A DNA stretch of 59,859 nt, the filler included, from Squatina squatina (taxonomy: Eukaryota), in assembly GCA_031763465.1 (NCBI GenBank). It is 4 parts of 4 records of this genome, joined end to end, with 100 filler letters (N's around TTAATTAATTAA, not from the genome) between each part and the next. Parts side by side here need not be neighbours in the genome. Positions count along the whole stretch, not along the records: positions 13,973 to 30,594 come from JARFOE010000189.1; positions 30,695 to 45,970 come from JARFOE010000004.1; 2 more parts are not named here. One strand, 5' to 3'. The notes under the pieces are model-generated. The model was not told the DNA's origin and did no database searches. It saw only the letters and a program-made list of their open reading frames with translations. Below, one piece after another: positions 24,971 through 36,656 of this stretch. The position numbers and the translations under genes were made by a program. Numbering within the stretch: the first letter of the stretch is position 1; each line of letters starts with the position of its first letter.

Positions 24971-26852
24971 GTATGTGTAGGTGTGATGAGTTCTATGGGC
25001 CATGCCTGTTACTGTTGTTCTTAAGTGTGAGCCCTGCACATGTGCATTGCAGAATAGGATTACAGCACTCTGCTTCTGGAAATCCATGTCTCTATGGAGC
25101 CATGGCTTTCACTGTCATTATTTCACGCAATGATCAACCATGTTCACCTTCAATTTATATATCTGCTTGTAAATAAATATTTCATAAGTCCACGATTGTT
25201 CTGTAAAATATTAGAATATTCTATCAAGTTGCAGTTTTTGCATTTTAAATTAGTTTGAAAAATAATCCTAATCATATTGATGAAAGAGTGCATTTATCTT
25301 AATTCAGCAGCATTTCATGTTATCTGGCACTTTAATGGATTGAATGTTGCTGATGTCTACCAGCAGAATGTTTTGCTGAGTGGCACAGTATTTTATGTTT
25401 GAAGGCATTATTTTATTATTGATCTACATGCAAATGTGTCAAGACTGTGTAAACCTCAAGGCAGTGTGTGTTTCAATAATCTTGGTTACAAATTGTTTGA
25501 CTGCCACAATGTTAAATGTTCTAATTAAGGACAAATTATCAAATTATTTGCAACGTCACAAAGCCATTTCTGACTTACATTTGTGTCATAAGTTGGCCTT
25601 GGAGCAATTTTTTATTTGAGTGCAATTCTGCACAGGCTTGGCAACATTTGCAGGGATTAAGATGGTCGATGTGTGAGAAATCGCACCCTTTTCAAAACCC
25701 ATGGAGACTGAGAAAATCCTTTTGAATGGGTTCAATCAGTTGTCAGGGAAGTTACAGACCATTATCCTCTTTCTTGTCCATCTTAGTTACAGTGGGGCTG
25801 GTTTTCATCCCCTCTGCTCGACTCAGGTTGCCAACTCTGGTCAGACGTATTGCTGGAGGTTTTGACAGATGACCTCCCGCCTNNNNNNNNNNNNNNNNNN
25901 NNNNNNNNNNNNNNNNNNNNNNNNNNNNNNNNNNNNNNNNNNNNNNNNNNNNNNNNNNNNNNNNNNNNNNNNNNNNNNNNNNGCAAGTTCAGGAATATGT
26001 TAAAGCACTTCACCGACAATAAATTGCTTTCAAGTGTATTGACTGTTTGCATATAGGCAAATGTTGCATCCATTTAGCAGAGTAACACAGGTCAATGGTT
26101 GAATAGCATTGTTGCCAGAATTAGATAAAACAAGAATTTTTTTTGGCAGCACAAACAATAGTGGGATGCACCATGGTTTGTTGGCAGAGGGCTTTAATGT
26201 CCACCTGAACCTTGAGCACAAAAATGTGGCCATAATCTCACCATTTCATCTGAAGAGTTATGCTGGCAGTTTCTGTGGAACCAATTAGAAAAGCGGCATT
26301 ATGCTCCCACTCCCAAATTTGTACAGCCACGCAGGCATACTTTCCGCTGGCTACAAGAAAGACAGAATAGCTGGGATTTCTAGACACGGATAGCACCCCG
26401 TCAGTTCTGCCTCTTTAAGTGATTCCAGGATGGAGGTTTAGCTGGTTCAAGAAGTGCTCATCTGCCTCCACTCAAAAGTGACCAAAGTTGAAAGAGAAAA
26501 GTGTAGATCTGCCAGAACCAGGTCCCACCCCAAATTTCTGCCAAACTTATGTCTTTGTTCTGTCCTATCAAGTCCAGAATTTCAGGATCTGTGAATTGAT
26601 AGATGTGGTGTATTTGTTATTTGACAATTCAGATTAATAAATTCAGTCAAAAATGCTACAAACATTCAAGTTCTGCATATCATTGGTAAATTTTCATCTT
26701 CATCACATGATGGTCATCTGGCACAGTTTCATTCCAGTGGTTTCAAGACATCCTGGTATTGGAGAGGGCTCATGGAAGAGTAAATAAAATAATTTGAATA
26801 ATTAACAACCACTTTGAACTTTAGTGTATTGATGCACATTCTTTCCCCTTAG

Positions 26853-26914
26853 AAAATCTGGATTCATTCTATTTGGCACCTGAATTTGGAAAACAAGGAA
26901 TTGTTACCGAAAAG
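26853..26914 (+). CDS. KNDC1: KNDC1 exon (KIND2)
   Basis: 62-nt exon encoding (E)NLDSFYLAPEFGKQGIVTEK. Human reads YDSFFLAPELAEERLVTEK. Confidence 0.9.
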
Positions 26915-26999
26915 GTTTGTTAATTAAATTGAGAGCATTAACCTGCAAAAACCCAGAAACAGTCAGTGGATTTTTTGAATTAATGTATTTTCTTAACAG

Positions 27000-27158
27000 G
27001 TCTGTGTTTATGGAGTTGCAGCCATTTTGTGGGCAGCGGCTAAGTTCAATGCTCCAGTGAATCAAAAGTTACCATTGTCCAAAAATCTCAAGAAGTTGCT
27101 GTTGGACATGGCGAAGAGGAACTCTACAGAAAGACCTTCAATTACAGAGGCACTGGAG
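27000..27158 (+). CDS. KNDC1: KNDC1 exon (KIND2)
   Basis: 159-nt exon encoding VCVYGVAAILWAAAKFNAPVNQKLPLSKNLKKLLLDMAKRNSTERPSITEALE. Confidence 0.94.
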
Positions 27159-28275
27159 GTACAGGTGCCAAACCTCACATACTCTAGCCAGTCATTTTCT
27201 GTGCAATACTTTATCTGCAAATGAGACCAAATTTATCTCACAATTACCATTGAAAATAAATTCCTCAAAATGAAAGCAGTATCTTGCTAACAGTTTCTAT
27301 ATGTACATTCTCTGCATCCAAGCTATTCAGTCTTAATGAAACCTTCCAGTTGTAGTTCTGTACCACCATCTATCTGTACTTGCTTGTCAGTGATACTGGT
27401 GATAGTAGTAGAATTTCATCTGTAATAGCAATAGAAAATAAGCATTTAAACTTTGGGAATAATCAAAAATAATGTTGTATATTAATATTAGACANNNNNN
27501 NNNNNNNNNNNNNNNNNNNNNNNNNNNNNNNNNNATAATTAACTATTACAGTATCACTTTTACATTAAAGTGTAAGCTATCATCCTGTTGGTTGAGAAAA
27601 GCGAATATTTTATGGCATCATTACTTAGCAGTAGAGAATGGAGTACAATGACATTATCAGCTCTGCAAACTAACAGTCCTTAGGACTAGCACCAATCAGT
27701 TTGTTATGTATGATCCAGATGGAGTGATACTTTTACAAAGTGACAATGCAGTTTCATCAAACTCTCGCCCATATGTCAGAATGAGGCACCTGAACTTTAC
27801 CTATCCAGCCTGAAAAGCCCCAGTGACTCTCTCCTGCAATCTAGTCCTAAAAGAGAGCCCCACATCTAATTAGTAACACCAATTGCAACGAGTTTTATTT
27901 ATATGTTAGCTTGTGGAGGGCAATGCTTTTATGTGTTATCATTGAATTTGGTGTTTTCTAATCCAGCTCTTCATACGTAGCTCGTAGGGATCCATAGTAT
28001 TCAACTGGGTGGCTCACAATGGGATAGGTAAATGTGGCAGATGCTGATCCCTCATTGTCTTGTCCTCTCATTCGCCTCATTACTGTTTTAATTGATGTAT
28101 AGGGATTAAAGCAACCTGGCAAAGGTGAGGAGCTAAAGCTAAATTAAATCATGGAAAATGTGACTGTTTTGCTCTGTGCTGCAAATCTAGAAAGTTTACA
28201 TCAATTTAGAATTGAAGCAACAAATGGCATAACCAGTTGTTATGCTCATGCAATCTTTTCTTTTTATTTTCACAG

Positions 28276-28353
28276 ATTTGTAATGATTACCTCATTAATC
28301 AAGGAATTGACAGCAGAGAGATTTTGAATTTGCTGAGGAACTATGTTCTACAG
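28276..28353 (+). CDS. KNDC1: KNDC1 exon (end of KIND2)
   Basis: 78-nt exon encoding ICNDYLINQGIDSREILNLLRNYVLQ. Human reads VCGSYLLQRGMDSRKILAHLRASICQ. Confidence 0.9.
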
Positions 28354-29446
28354 GTAGTTCTACAGACTTCGTTCTCATAAAATAATTCTATCTGTTGGTC
28401 CCTTCATTCTTTGTTGCTGAAAACTCATTAATTTTAATTTCTGGTGCTCCACTGCCAGAGTTGCAATAGTGTACCCTCCCATTAAAGTAAGCACGAGAAC
28501 TTTATGGAAAGAGGCGTGTAATGTGATGCTTGAAACAGCACAACATTGTATTCTTTATTTTACTCCCATTCCTTTCAACAGAGCACAGACTTTGTAGATT
28601 ATTAACTTTGAGGCATCATTTGGTGCCATGCTGATGCCATCACTTACATGGCAGATGCAGTATAATGTGGATAAGTGTGAGGTGGCAAAAACAGGAAGGC
28701 AGATTATCTGAACGGCAATAGATTGGGAAAAGGGGAGGTGCAACGAGACCTGGGTGTNNNNNNNNNNNNNNNNNNNNNNNNNNNNNNNNNNNNNNNNNNN
28801 NNNNNNNNNNNNNNNNNNNNNNNNNNNNNNNNNNNNNNNNNNNNNNNNNNNNNNNNNACTTTGTTCTTAATCCTTTGTTGGACAGAATGTAACATTTATT
28901 ATTTGTTCTTTTGCTTTTTGTAGTATTGAGTTAAAATTTCTATGTGCTAAATGTAGTTATTGTTATAATTTTGTGAAATATTTTAACTTTTGAAGCAATT
29001 AAGTAGAAAATGGTAGTATATATATGATTATGATACTATTTCTGGACATGCACAAGATTATTTTGCATTTCACAGTTTAATCAATTTAATCCACAGGCTT
29101 CCACAACCATTCTCATGAGATATGTGACATTGTTTCCTACAGAAGGATGGTCTCCCTAATCTATCCTAAAATCTCTGGGAGGCGGGCGGAGGGAAATGAT
29201 TTAAACATTCTTTCGCACTAATAAGTTCCCATTTTACTAGTGTTTAATTTTTCACATTGCATTTTCTTGTATCATACGTTCCTGCATTAATTGAGAATCT
29301 AAACACATAGAAAAAAACATCTAAGATAAGTGCTGTGAAATTCGCAGCCTATTCTAAACTATTTTCAGCATTTTGTGGCCATAAAAGTAAGGATTTCTTT
29401 TTTTATTTTATTTTTCGAAATTAAATTACTTTTCTTATTCCGGCAG

Positions 29447-30390
29447 TGCCAAAGTGTCAAGTAAAAGCCCAACAGCCAAACAGCGTGTTAAAGCTATAAA
29501 ACAGGAAATCGAGAAGAACCAGGGAGCAGTGCCAATCGAAGATATTGAAAATGACGTAGTTGTGGACACATCAGTGGTGAACTTTGAGAATGAGAGTTTT
29601 GAGAGCAGTGCACTCACATCTTTGGTATCTTCACCAGACCAAACTAAAAACAGCTCAATTTCATGCACCAACAGTTCTCCTGCGGTTGCAAGCAAAACAA
29701 ATCCATCACAAACCATTTCCTTGCAACACCAGAAAGTAAATTGTAATTCTCGTTCTTCAGCTGTTTCCGCCTTTCCAACAAACAATGTTCTTCTTCATCA
29801 GTACTCCAAAATGGGGATACTAACTTCACCACCTGTTCAGTTGACTGTGCCAGAGCAAGCATCACTTCTGCCAAGTACTTATGGAGATAAGTTTAATAGA
29901 TACTTACCAGAATCTACGGTACTTTCAGACAGGGACTCTGGCGGAAGTAGTGGGAACTCTTTGAAATATACAGTATCACAATTACAGAACACTTCCAGTC
30001 CTACACTTGGTAGCAATGAGGATCAAAAATCCAAGATAAAGATGCACACTGTATCAGAGCCTTCTATTGACAGTTTTAATGAATTTGTAGATTTTGACGG
30101 TGTTGCCTCAGAGATGCCATTGTCTGACAGATGTTTGTTTGCGCAGGAGTCATTGGCTACTGGAAATGAAATAAAAACATGCACGGCTTCTCCAAACATT
30201 ACTGCAAAAATTTCAGAAAATGTCCACTTACCTCCTGCATGCATCCTGTCATGTTGTCATGACAATCTAGTGGCAATAAATTCATCAAACCCAGAACCAA
30301 TCAGTCTTTTGCAGAAAACAATTCATCTCATAAAAGAAGAGTTTGCATTTGATGGTTACTTAGAGAATGGCGAAGAAGCCAATGCTATGG
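29447..30390 (+). CDS. KNDC1: KNDC1 large central exon
   Basis: CCGGCAG acceptor, 944-nt Ser-rich frame ending LIKEEFAFDGYLENGEEANAM(G)/GTAGAT. Human reads FAFDGYLDNGLEALIMG. Confidence 0.9.
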
Positions 30391-30594
30391 GTAGATGATC
30401 TTTATTTTAACATACAAATTATTTTATTAATAATTATATAAAGGAGCAAAATCTAACTTTTATTTTACAAGAGTTTCAGATTATTAAAACATTTTTGGAA
30501 TGTTTGCTTTAATTTTGTTAAAAATCCTAGAGCGGCAGCTGAAGCACAGGTTCTTTTAGCCCCAATTTTAACTCAGCCTGGCTGGCATGTACGG

Positions 30595-30694
30595 NNNNNN
30601 NNNNNNNNNNNNNNNNNNNNNNNNNNNNNNNNNNNNNNTTAATTAATTAANNNNNNNNNNNNNNNNNNNNNNNNNNNNNNNNNNNNNNNNNNNN
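30595..30694. other. Artificial concatenation linker
   Basis: 44 N + TTAATTAATTAA + 44 N. Confidence 0.95.
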
Positions 30695-32357
30695 AAAAAG
30701 ATACAACAAAACATAACCCAATAACTCAAGTTCCAACCAATATTCCAAAGCGAGCCCCAAGCACATGACACAGGAGTAAACCTCTCAAACAAAAAGCCCA
30801 GATTTTGCAGTCAGTGGCGAAGGGACAGCACTCGCCGCTTTCGTCAAAGAAAGCTGCCTGTAAAAATTTAGCTGTCTGAGGTGTCAATTTCCATAATTCC
30901 CACATCCGTTTCAATCTGGCACCATCATTAAGAGATCTGTGGCATCCATGAACGGAAAGGCATCAAGCAGGATGAGCAGCCAATCAGATTGCAGAATTCT
31001 CAGACAGCAAACCAGAAAGTAAAAGCACTGTTTATCATTTGCTTTTTAATGATGTTACAGAGGGCAAATTAAAGATTGGGACATACACGTGGGATTAAGG
31101 TAGAAGCTGAAATATCAAACAAACTTTGAAAATATACTCTAAAAATCTATGGAATTTTTTTAATCATGGAAAGGAGGGAATGATGCTCCACACATTTTAA
31201 AATTCATTTTTCAGGGCGAACGAGGTTGTTCAGCAGTAATTGTGTCTTAGNNNNNNNNNNNNNNNNNNNNNNNNNNNNNNNNNNNNNNNNNNNNNNNNNN
31301 NNNNNNNNNNNNNNNNNNNNNNNNNNNNNNNNNNNNNNNNNNNNNNNNNNACGTATGATGCTCCCCTGATGATCAGGCAATAAAAGCTTATCTTTACTTT
31401 TAAGTGACCCGTCTGGAGTCTGTCATTTGAAGACTCCTAACACAGACAAGATAAAAACACTTTACAGGGAAACACACCATCTAATATTTATTGGATCAAA
31501 AAGGTTGCTTTCTCCACAGCAACCGTATAATGTAACTTCCCCAGCATAGCATCCAGATTTCAAGTTATCAAGGACTTCCAATTTCAGAAGCAATTAGAAG
31601 ACAAGACCAGCCTGGCCTTAATCTAGGACGCAACATCTCTAGGACTGTAGAAAGGTTATTTTAAATGGGGACTACTGTGAATGATTTAACCTTCGTCTAG
31701 AATTTCAGAATCACCCCATAGTCACCAAACATACTGCCAACTCTGCATACTCTATTCCTAGAGTATAATATCTTTAATTGAATGAGCAAAAGCCAGCCAT
31801 TCATGAATCAACTACATACTGCCTCACTAATCTTCTTCCAACTACTAAGCAAGATGAGTGTACAAAGAATTCAGGTACACAGAAGTGGCGTGACATGCTA
31901 TGGTTCAGCCATCAACTGAATACACAACCTGCATCAAAAAAGGAGAGTTATTCTGATTGAACAGGTTATGAGTTTAGATTTATGTAGCTTTATAGCAGTG
32001 CTGTCCAATACATTAGTCACTAGCCAAGCATGGCTAACTGGGAATCCAGATATGGAGAAATGCATTTCCAATTATTAACTAAAGCATGAGTAATAAACAC
32101 CATCCTTGGGCATATGATCTCAATACTCATTGGCATGGCGTTTGTATGTGAATGTAAACTTTTCGTGCATTTGTTGGTAAAATGCCTGGGTGAAAAGTAG
32201 TGTGCGAGTGTTTTTTGATCGTTGCGTGCTATACTTCCTTTGGTTACGGTAACTGACGTGTTTATATAAATATACACATGCGAAGTACATTTACCTGTAC
32301 TGTGCGAGTGTATGCAAGGCGTTATCTACTAAAATTGGCATATCTGGCTAAAACAGT

Positions 32358-32371
32358 GTCACCGTAGCAAC
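32358..32371. promoter_or_regulatory. RFX X-box motif GTCACCGTAGCAAC
   Basis: Exact fit to the consensus GTNRCC-N(0-3)-RGYAAC. Motif match only. Confidence 0.4.
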
Positions 32372-33621
32372 ACCTGCAGATAGTCAGCAATTTCGAAAGA
32401 ACACTGCTTTACAGGAGTAGTAGCAGAATAGAATATGCTCACGTAATCTGTAAAATGTATCCCAACAGCAAGGCAAATTTAGCTAAATTTTCAGATAAAG
32501 TTCACGCTATTTTCACCCCAACCTTGATCCAAGAGAACAGCACAACTGTACTTCCCACTCATACAGCATGGTACTAAACTGAGGATTTGACAGAAGAAAC
32601 TCTCTGAAAACACAATATCGAAAAGGTGGCAGGTTGGGGATAAAACAGGTGGTAGATCTTGCAGGGAAACTATTCTTTAAAGTGAGAATACGATCAAGTC
32701 TCACCAGCTGCATCATTATTCCTTATTCTACACACAGCCACACAGGGAATTGTTCCTTCGAGACTAGATTTGTAGCCAGTACATGAAATTCTGCTAAACT
32801 ATTAATAAACCTGAGGTGTCAGATAGAGCTTTCCATTGCTCATGATAGCAGAGAGCCTTCATTGTAAGAACTACTGATCTTTTTAAAACTCCAGTAAGTG
32901 AACGAGTAGAAGAAGAATCAGGAAAATGTAATTGAATTTAGGCACAACCATCATCCCAATTAGTTTTAGATTTTACCCATGAAGAAAAAGAAAGACCTGA
33001 ACAATTTTTGACAATCTACAAGATGTAGATTAGCAGCTGGTTGTTGCGGCAATTTGTAAAAGTGATGTCCTATCCTCTTTCCTTGAGCTGTAAATAATGG
33101 TGGATTTTTGCTACCGGAAATTAACAATCAATATTGAGATCAGAAATGGGTGTGGCGAGGGGAGGTGGGAGCATGGGTGAGGAAGGGGAAAGGAGGGCAA
33201 CTCTGTAAAGTAATTGGGGAGGAGGTGTTCTTATTCACTAAACCTGATGGGAGCATGTATAGGGAATGCACCCTGTTAAGTAAGCAACCTCAATGGGATG
33301 CTATTAATTCAGCGCCTCTACTATCACCACCACAAATACCACCAGTCCTCCAGCCTATCCAGTTCTAATCATTCAAATTCTGGTATAACCAACATTTGGA
33401 AGGACAAAAATATATAACCCAATCACATTGTAATACCAATGTAAAATGTATACCGTATGAAAATGTCACAAGTCCTGCAGTTCTTCACTGAAATCCCGGT
33501 GACAGCATTGTGCTACAACGGGAAGCAAATCATCCTCACATACCTACACATTACATTTAGGAACAAATGCAGGCATTAAAACTAAATCTCTCCACAAGAA
33601 AGGAGGCTTTGATTTAAATGA

Positions 33622-33953
33622 TCATGGACGCCCAATTCGCGGGTAAACTTTTGGCGCAAAATCAGCGCAAAACGGGCATACACGCACTTTGGGCGTCCAA
33701 ACATGGGCGCAAAACCCGGGTCCCGTCCACGCCGGCACAAAACGGACGCAAGGCCTCTAAGGCTCCAAGCACTAGCTGAAACTTTATCACGGTGCTAGGA
33801 TATCATAAGTGCGTGCAGCGCCCAAAATGGCCACCCATCCAAAATTCAGCAGTCTCAGTGTGCACTAAATCTAGCAGTGACAATGCCTGCATTTTTCAGC
33901 GGTGACACAGGCCTCAGCTCAGAGAATCCAGCACAAGTGAAAGCAGTCAGATT
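33622..33953 (+). mobile_element. CpG-rich dispersed repeat, probable DNA-transposon (Harbinger-type) end
   Basis: Collinear with the reverse complement of 55732-56059 over about 330 nt. Begins GGACGCCCAATTCGCGGGTAAAC. Confidence 0.75.
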
Positions 33954-34778
33954 AGGCTCCATTGTATTGCTCAGTGATGCGGTCTTTACTTCACTCTGAG
34001 CCACTGCTGGCCTGGAAGTCCTCCTCCTCCTGCTGGCTGTGTGTCCCACTGAACTGAGCAGTGAGCATAGCTGTGTGTGGGAGACATGCAGCTGGAAGCA
34101 ATTAAGTAGGCTATGAGGTAGTTGGAAGCACTTAAGTCAACTGAGGAATTAAGTGGGCTGTAAGGTTGGAAGCAAACTGTGAAATTTGCATGCAGACCAC
34201 GNNNNNNNNNNNNNNNNNNNNNNNNNNNNNNNNNNNNNNNNNNNNNNNNNNNNNNNNNNNNNNNNNNNNNNNNNNNNNNNNNNNNNNNNNNNNNNNNNNN
34301 NTTAAAACGAAGGTTCCTTGATGCAACAGATATTCTCTTTCTCTGCACTCTGCATCCCCCACCCCCTCGCATCCCACACTGGGAGTTTGCATGTAGAAAT
34401 TGAATAAATAAATGAAGTTGTACATTATATTACTATAAAATACTCCAAAATTTGGTGCAGAGGGGGGAAACAAGAAATTTATTTACAAGTTAAAGCCAAA
34501 CCTGGAAATACTGTAAAGATGCCCTTTCTATCCACCAACTAGTTAGTGTTCGATGAAGTAAAACCGCTNNNNNNNNNNTGCAAGCACCATGAACTACTAA
34601 ATTAGACTGCAGGTGGTAATAAATCCTGTAGAAATAACAGCTTTAGGAAATAACCATTTTGCTGTAAAAGTTACATTTTCAGAAGTGCATTTAAATCACT
34701 ACACAGTTTACATGTCTGTGGATAGTGGCCATCAGTTTATACTGGACTTGTAAAACAAGTCTGATATTTGTAAAATAC

Positions 34779-34955
34779 CTTGTAAGACCCTCTGGAGTCC
34801 TTCATGTAAGAAACAAGGAATATGTCAACAGGCAGCAAGGATGAAGTGATCAGTGCAACAGCAAGTGCACAAATAGCAGTTATGGTGGAGACAACCTCAC
34901 TTTCTTGCTGGCTCTGGTATCGACGGATATATGTCCAGCAAAACATTAAAATTGC
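34779..34955 (-). CDS. LMBRD1: Lysosomal cobalamin transport escort protein LMBD1, exon 2
   Basis: 177-nt TGCAG..GTATTT exon encoding AILMFCWTYIRRYQSQQESEVVSTITAICALAVALITSSLLPVDIFLVSYMKDSRGSYK, matching human AILAFCWIYVRKYQSRRESEVVSTITAIFSLAIALITSALLPVDIFLVSYMK. Confidence 0.96.
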
Positions 34956-36174
34956 CTGCAAGAGACAAAAGGAAAACAAATTAAAAGGCAATGGTCACCT
35001 CCGACTGAACCATCGCATTGCCAACATACTTGCATTGTTAGCAATATATCAGCAACTGTTTTGTTCCTAATGACAAGCACAAACAAAGTCAAATATTCTC
35101 GGTGTGCATGGGACCCACTTGATAAAGAAATTTATGACCAGTACTTGAAATTAAAAGCTAAATAAGTTTGATATTGAGTTGATATTTAGTGGGGAGAGTC
35201 TCAATATGCATTAGTAAAGCCCACACTGAACTAAATTCAATCAAACTGCATGGGCATTTCCACTGCTGTTTCAGAGACAAATTGAAGATTGTACATAATC
35301 ACAAACTCTTTTAAAGTGGTTTGATTAAAATATGTTATTCACTAGTGTTCAAATGGATCTAAGCCTATGACATTATAACTGATGTCAATGCAAAGTAGTT
35401 TTATTTTGCACTGAGTAAGACCTGGATGCAAATCCAGAGTCTGAAGCATAGAAACATAGAAAATAGGTGCAGGAGNNNNNNNNNNNNNNNNNNNNNNNNN
35501 NNNNNNNNNNNNNNNNNNNNNNNNNNNNNNNNNNNNNNNNNNNNNNNNNNNNNNNNNNNNNNNNNNNNNNNNNNNAGGAGGACGAAACATCTCAGCGAGG
35601 TGGCTCTGTCACATGATGAAAGCATTAACCAGATTGACAGGAAACAAGTTATCTCAAGCAGCCATATGTAGTCAAACCTCTAAAGAATATCACGGATGAA
35701 AATCATTAGAGTTAACAGTGTAAAGTAATTAAGTTATTGCTTAATTCTGGGATCTGTTGCTTTATGAAAGGGGATCGCTGTCAGCTCTGATAGGAGCTTT
35801 ATAATCAGAAAGAAACCCAAATCATTGCACTGCTGGTATTATATCGTGCTATCAAAATTCCATACAGGTTGTGCAACAGTTGCTGCTCCTTGCATCTACT
35901 GACATATGTCATTATTCCAGGTTTCTACCACAGTTGTGAAGTTCCTGGGTCCCTCATGAGGTGGTGTAATACACTGGGGCGGGACTTGTACCTTCCAAAT
36001 TCTGAAGAGGCCAATCACTTCAGAGATACTGCCGTCAGCTAATTTCCATAACACTGGTGGGACAAGGGTGGGAGTCCTGCCAGCAGCAGGCCAGGTGCAC
36101 CAGGAAGGGGACGGAGCATTTGAGATCGGCTGCATGCAGTGAAAGGGCTGAACAGGCTCCAGCAAAGGGGAATG

Positions 36175-36395
36175 AAATGGCTGGTGCAATCGAAGGGAGA
36201 GGGCAAAGTAACTTCTCGGAGTCTGGTGTTGAAAGGCAGCTTTACCAAATTAGGGATTGGAATGATGCCATTGTTAGAGTACCAGGGAAGAAGCCATGTA
36301 GCTGCATGACTCATGTGGAAGGAGGCTCCATAACCAAAAAGATCCCCTTACAGTGTCAGAAGATGTTTAATGACATCCCCAGGTCAGAAAAGCTA
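36175..36395 (+). mobile_element. Possible degenerate Harbinger Myb/SANT-like ORF remnant
   Basis: QCQKMFNDIPRSEK at 36351-36392 resembles the QCRKRFNDL third-helix motif of Harbinger Myb/SANT proteins. The rest is decayed. Confidence 0.35.
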
Positions 36396-36589
36396 AGGAT
36401 GNNNNNNNNNNNNNNNNNNNNNNNNNNNNNNNNNNNNNNNNNNNNNNNNNNNNNNNNNNNNNNNNNNNNNNNNNNNNNNNNNNNNNNNNNNNNNNNNNNN
36501 NGGGAATCAATCTGGTCAGCAAGCACAGGAGTGATGGGTGAACAGGACAGCAGAGTTTACGGGTGGGTACAAGGTAGGATCTGACCAGG

Positions 36590-36656
36590 AGAGCTTTGGA
36601 ACCCACAATCTTCTGACTCAGAAGCGCGAGTGCTACCACTGAGCCATGTCTGACAC
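36590..36656 (-). mobile_element. SacSINE1-like SINE tRNA-derived head
   Basis: Reverse complement GTCAGACATGGCTCAGTGGTAGCACTCGCGCTTCTGAGTCAGAAGATTGTGGGTTCC, the same head as at 54761. Confidence 0.7.

Noticed and set aside
16990-29446. Apparent loss of several KNDC1 exons (first exon, end of KIND1, start of KIND2, exons before 29447)
   Set aside because: Each missing exon falls in an interval containing a 100-N gap (for example 23262-23361, 25883-25982, 28758-28857). Incomplete assembly explains it without gene decay.
33420-33545. Possible intronic C/D snoRNA (GGATGA box-C-like on the minus strand)
   Set aside because: No properly placed CTGA D box or terminal stem was found.
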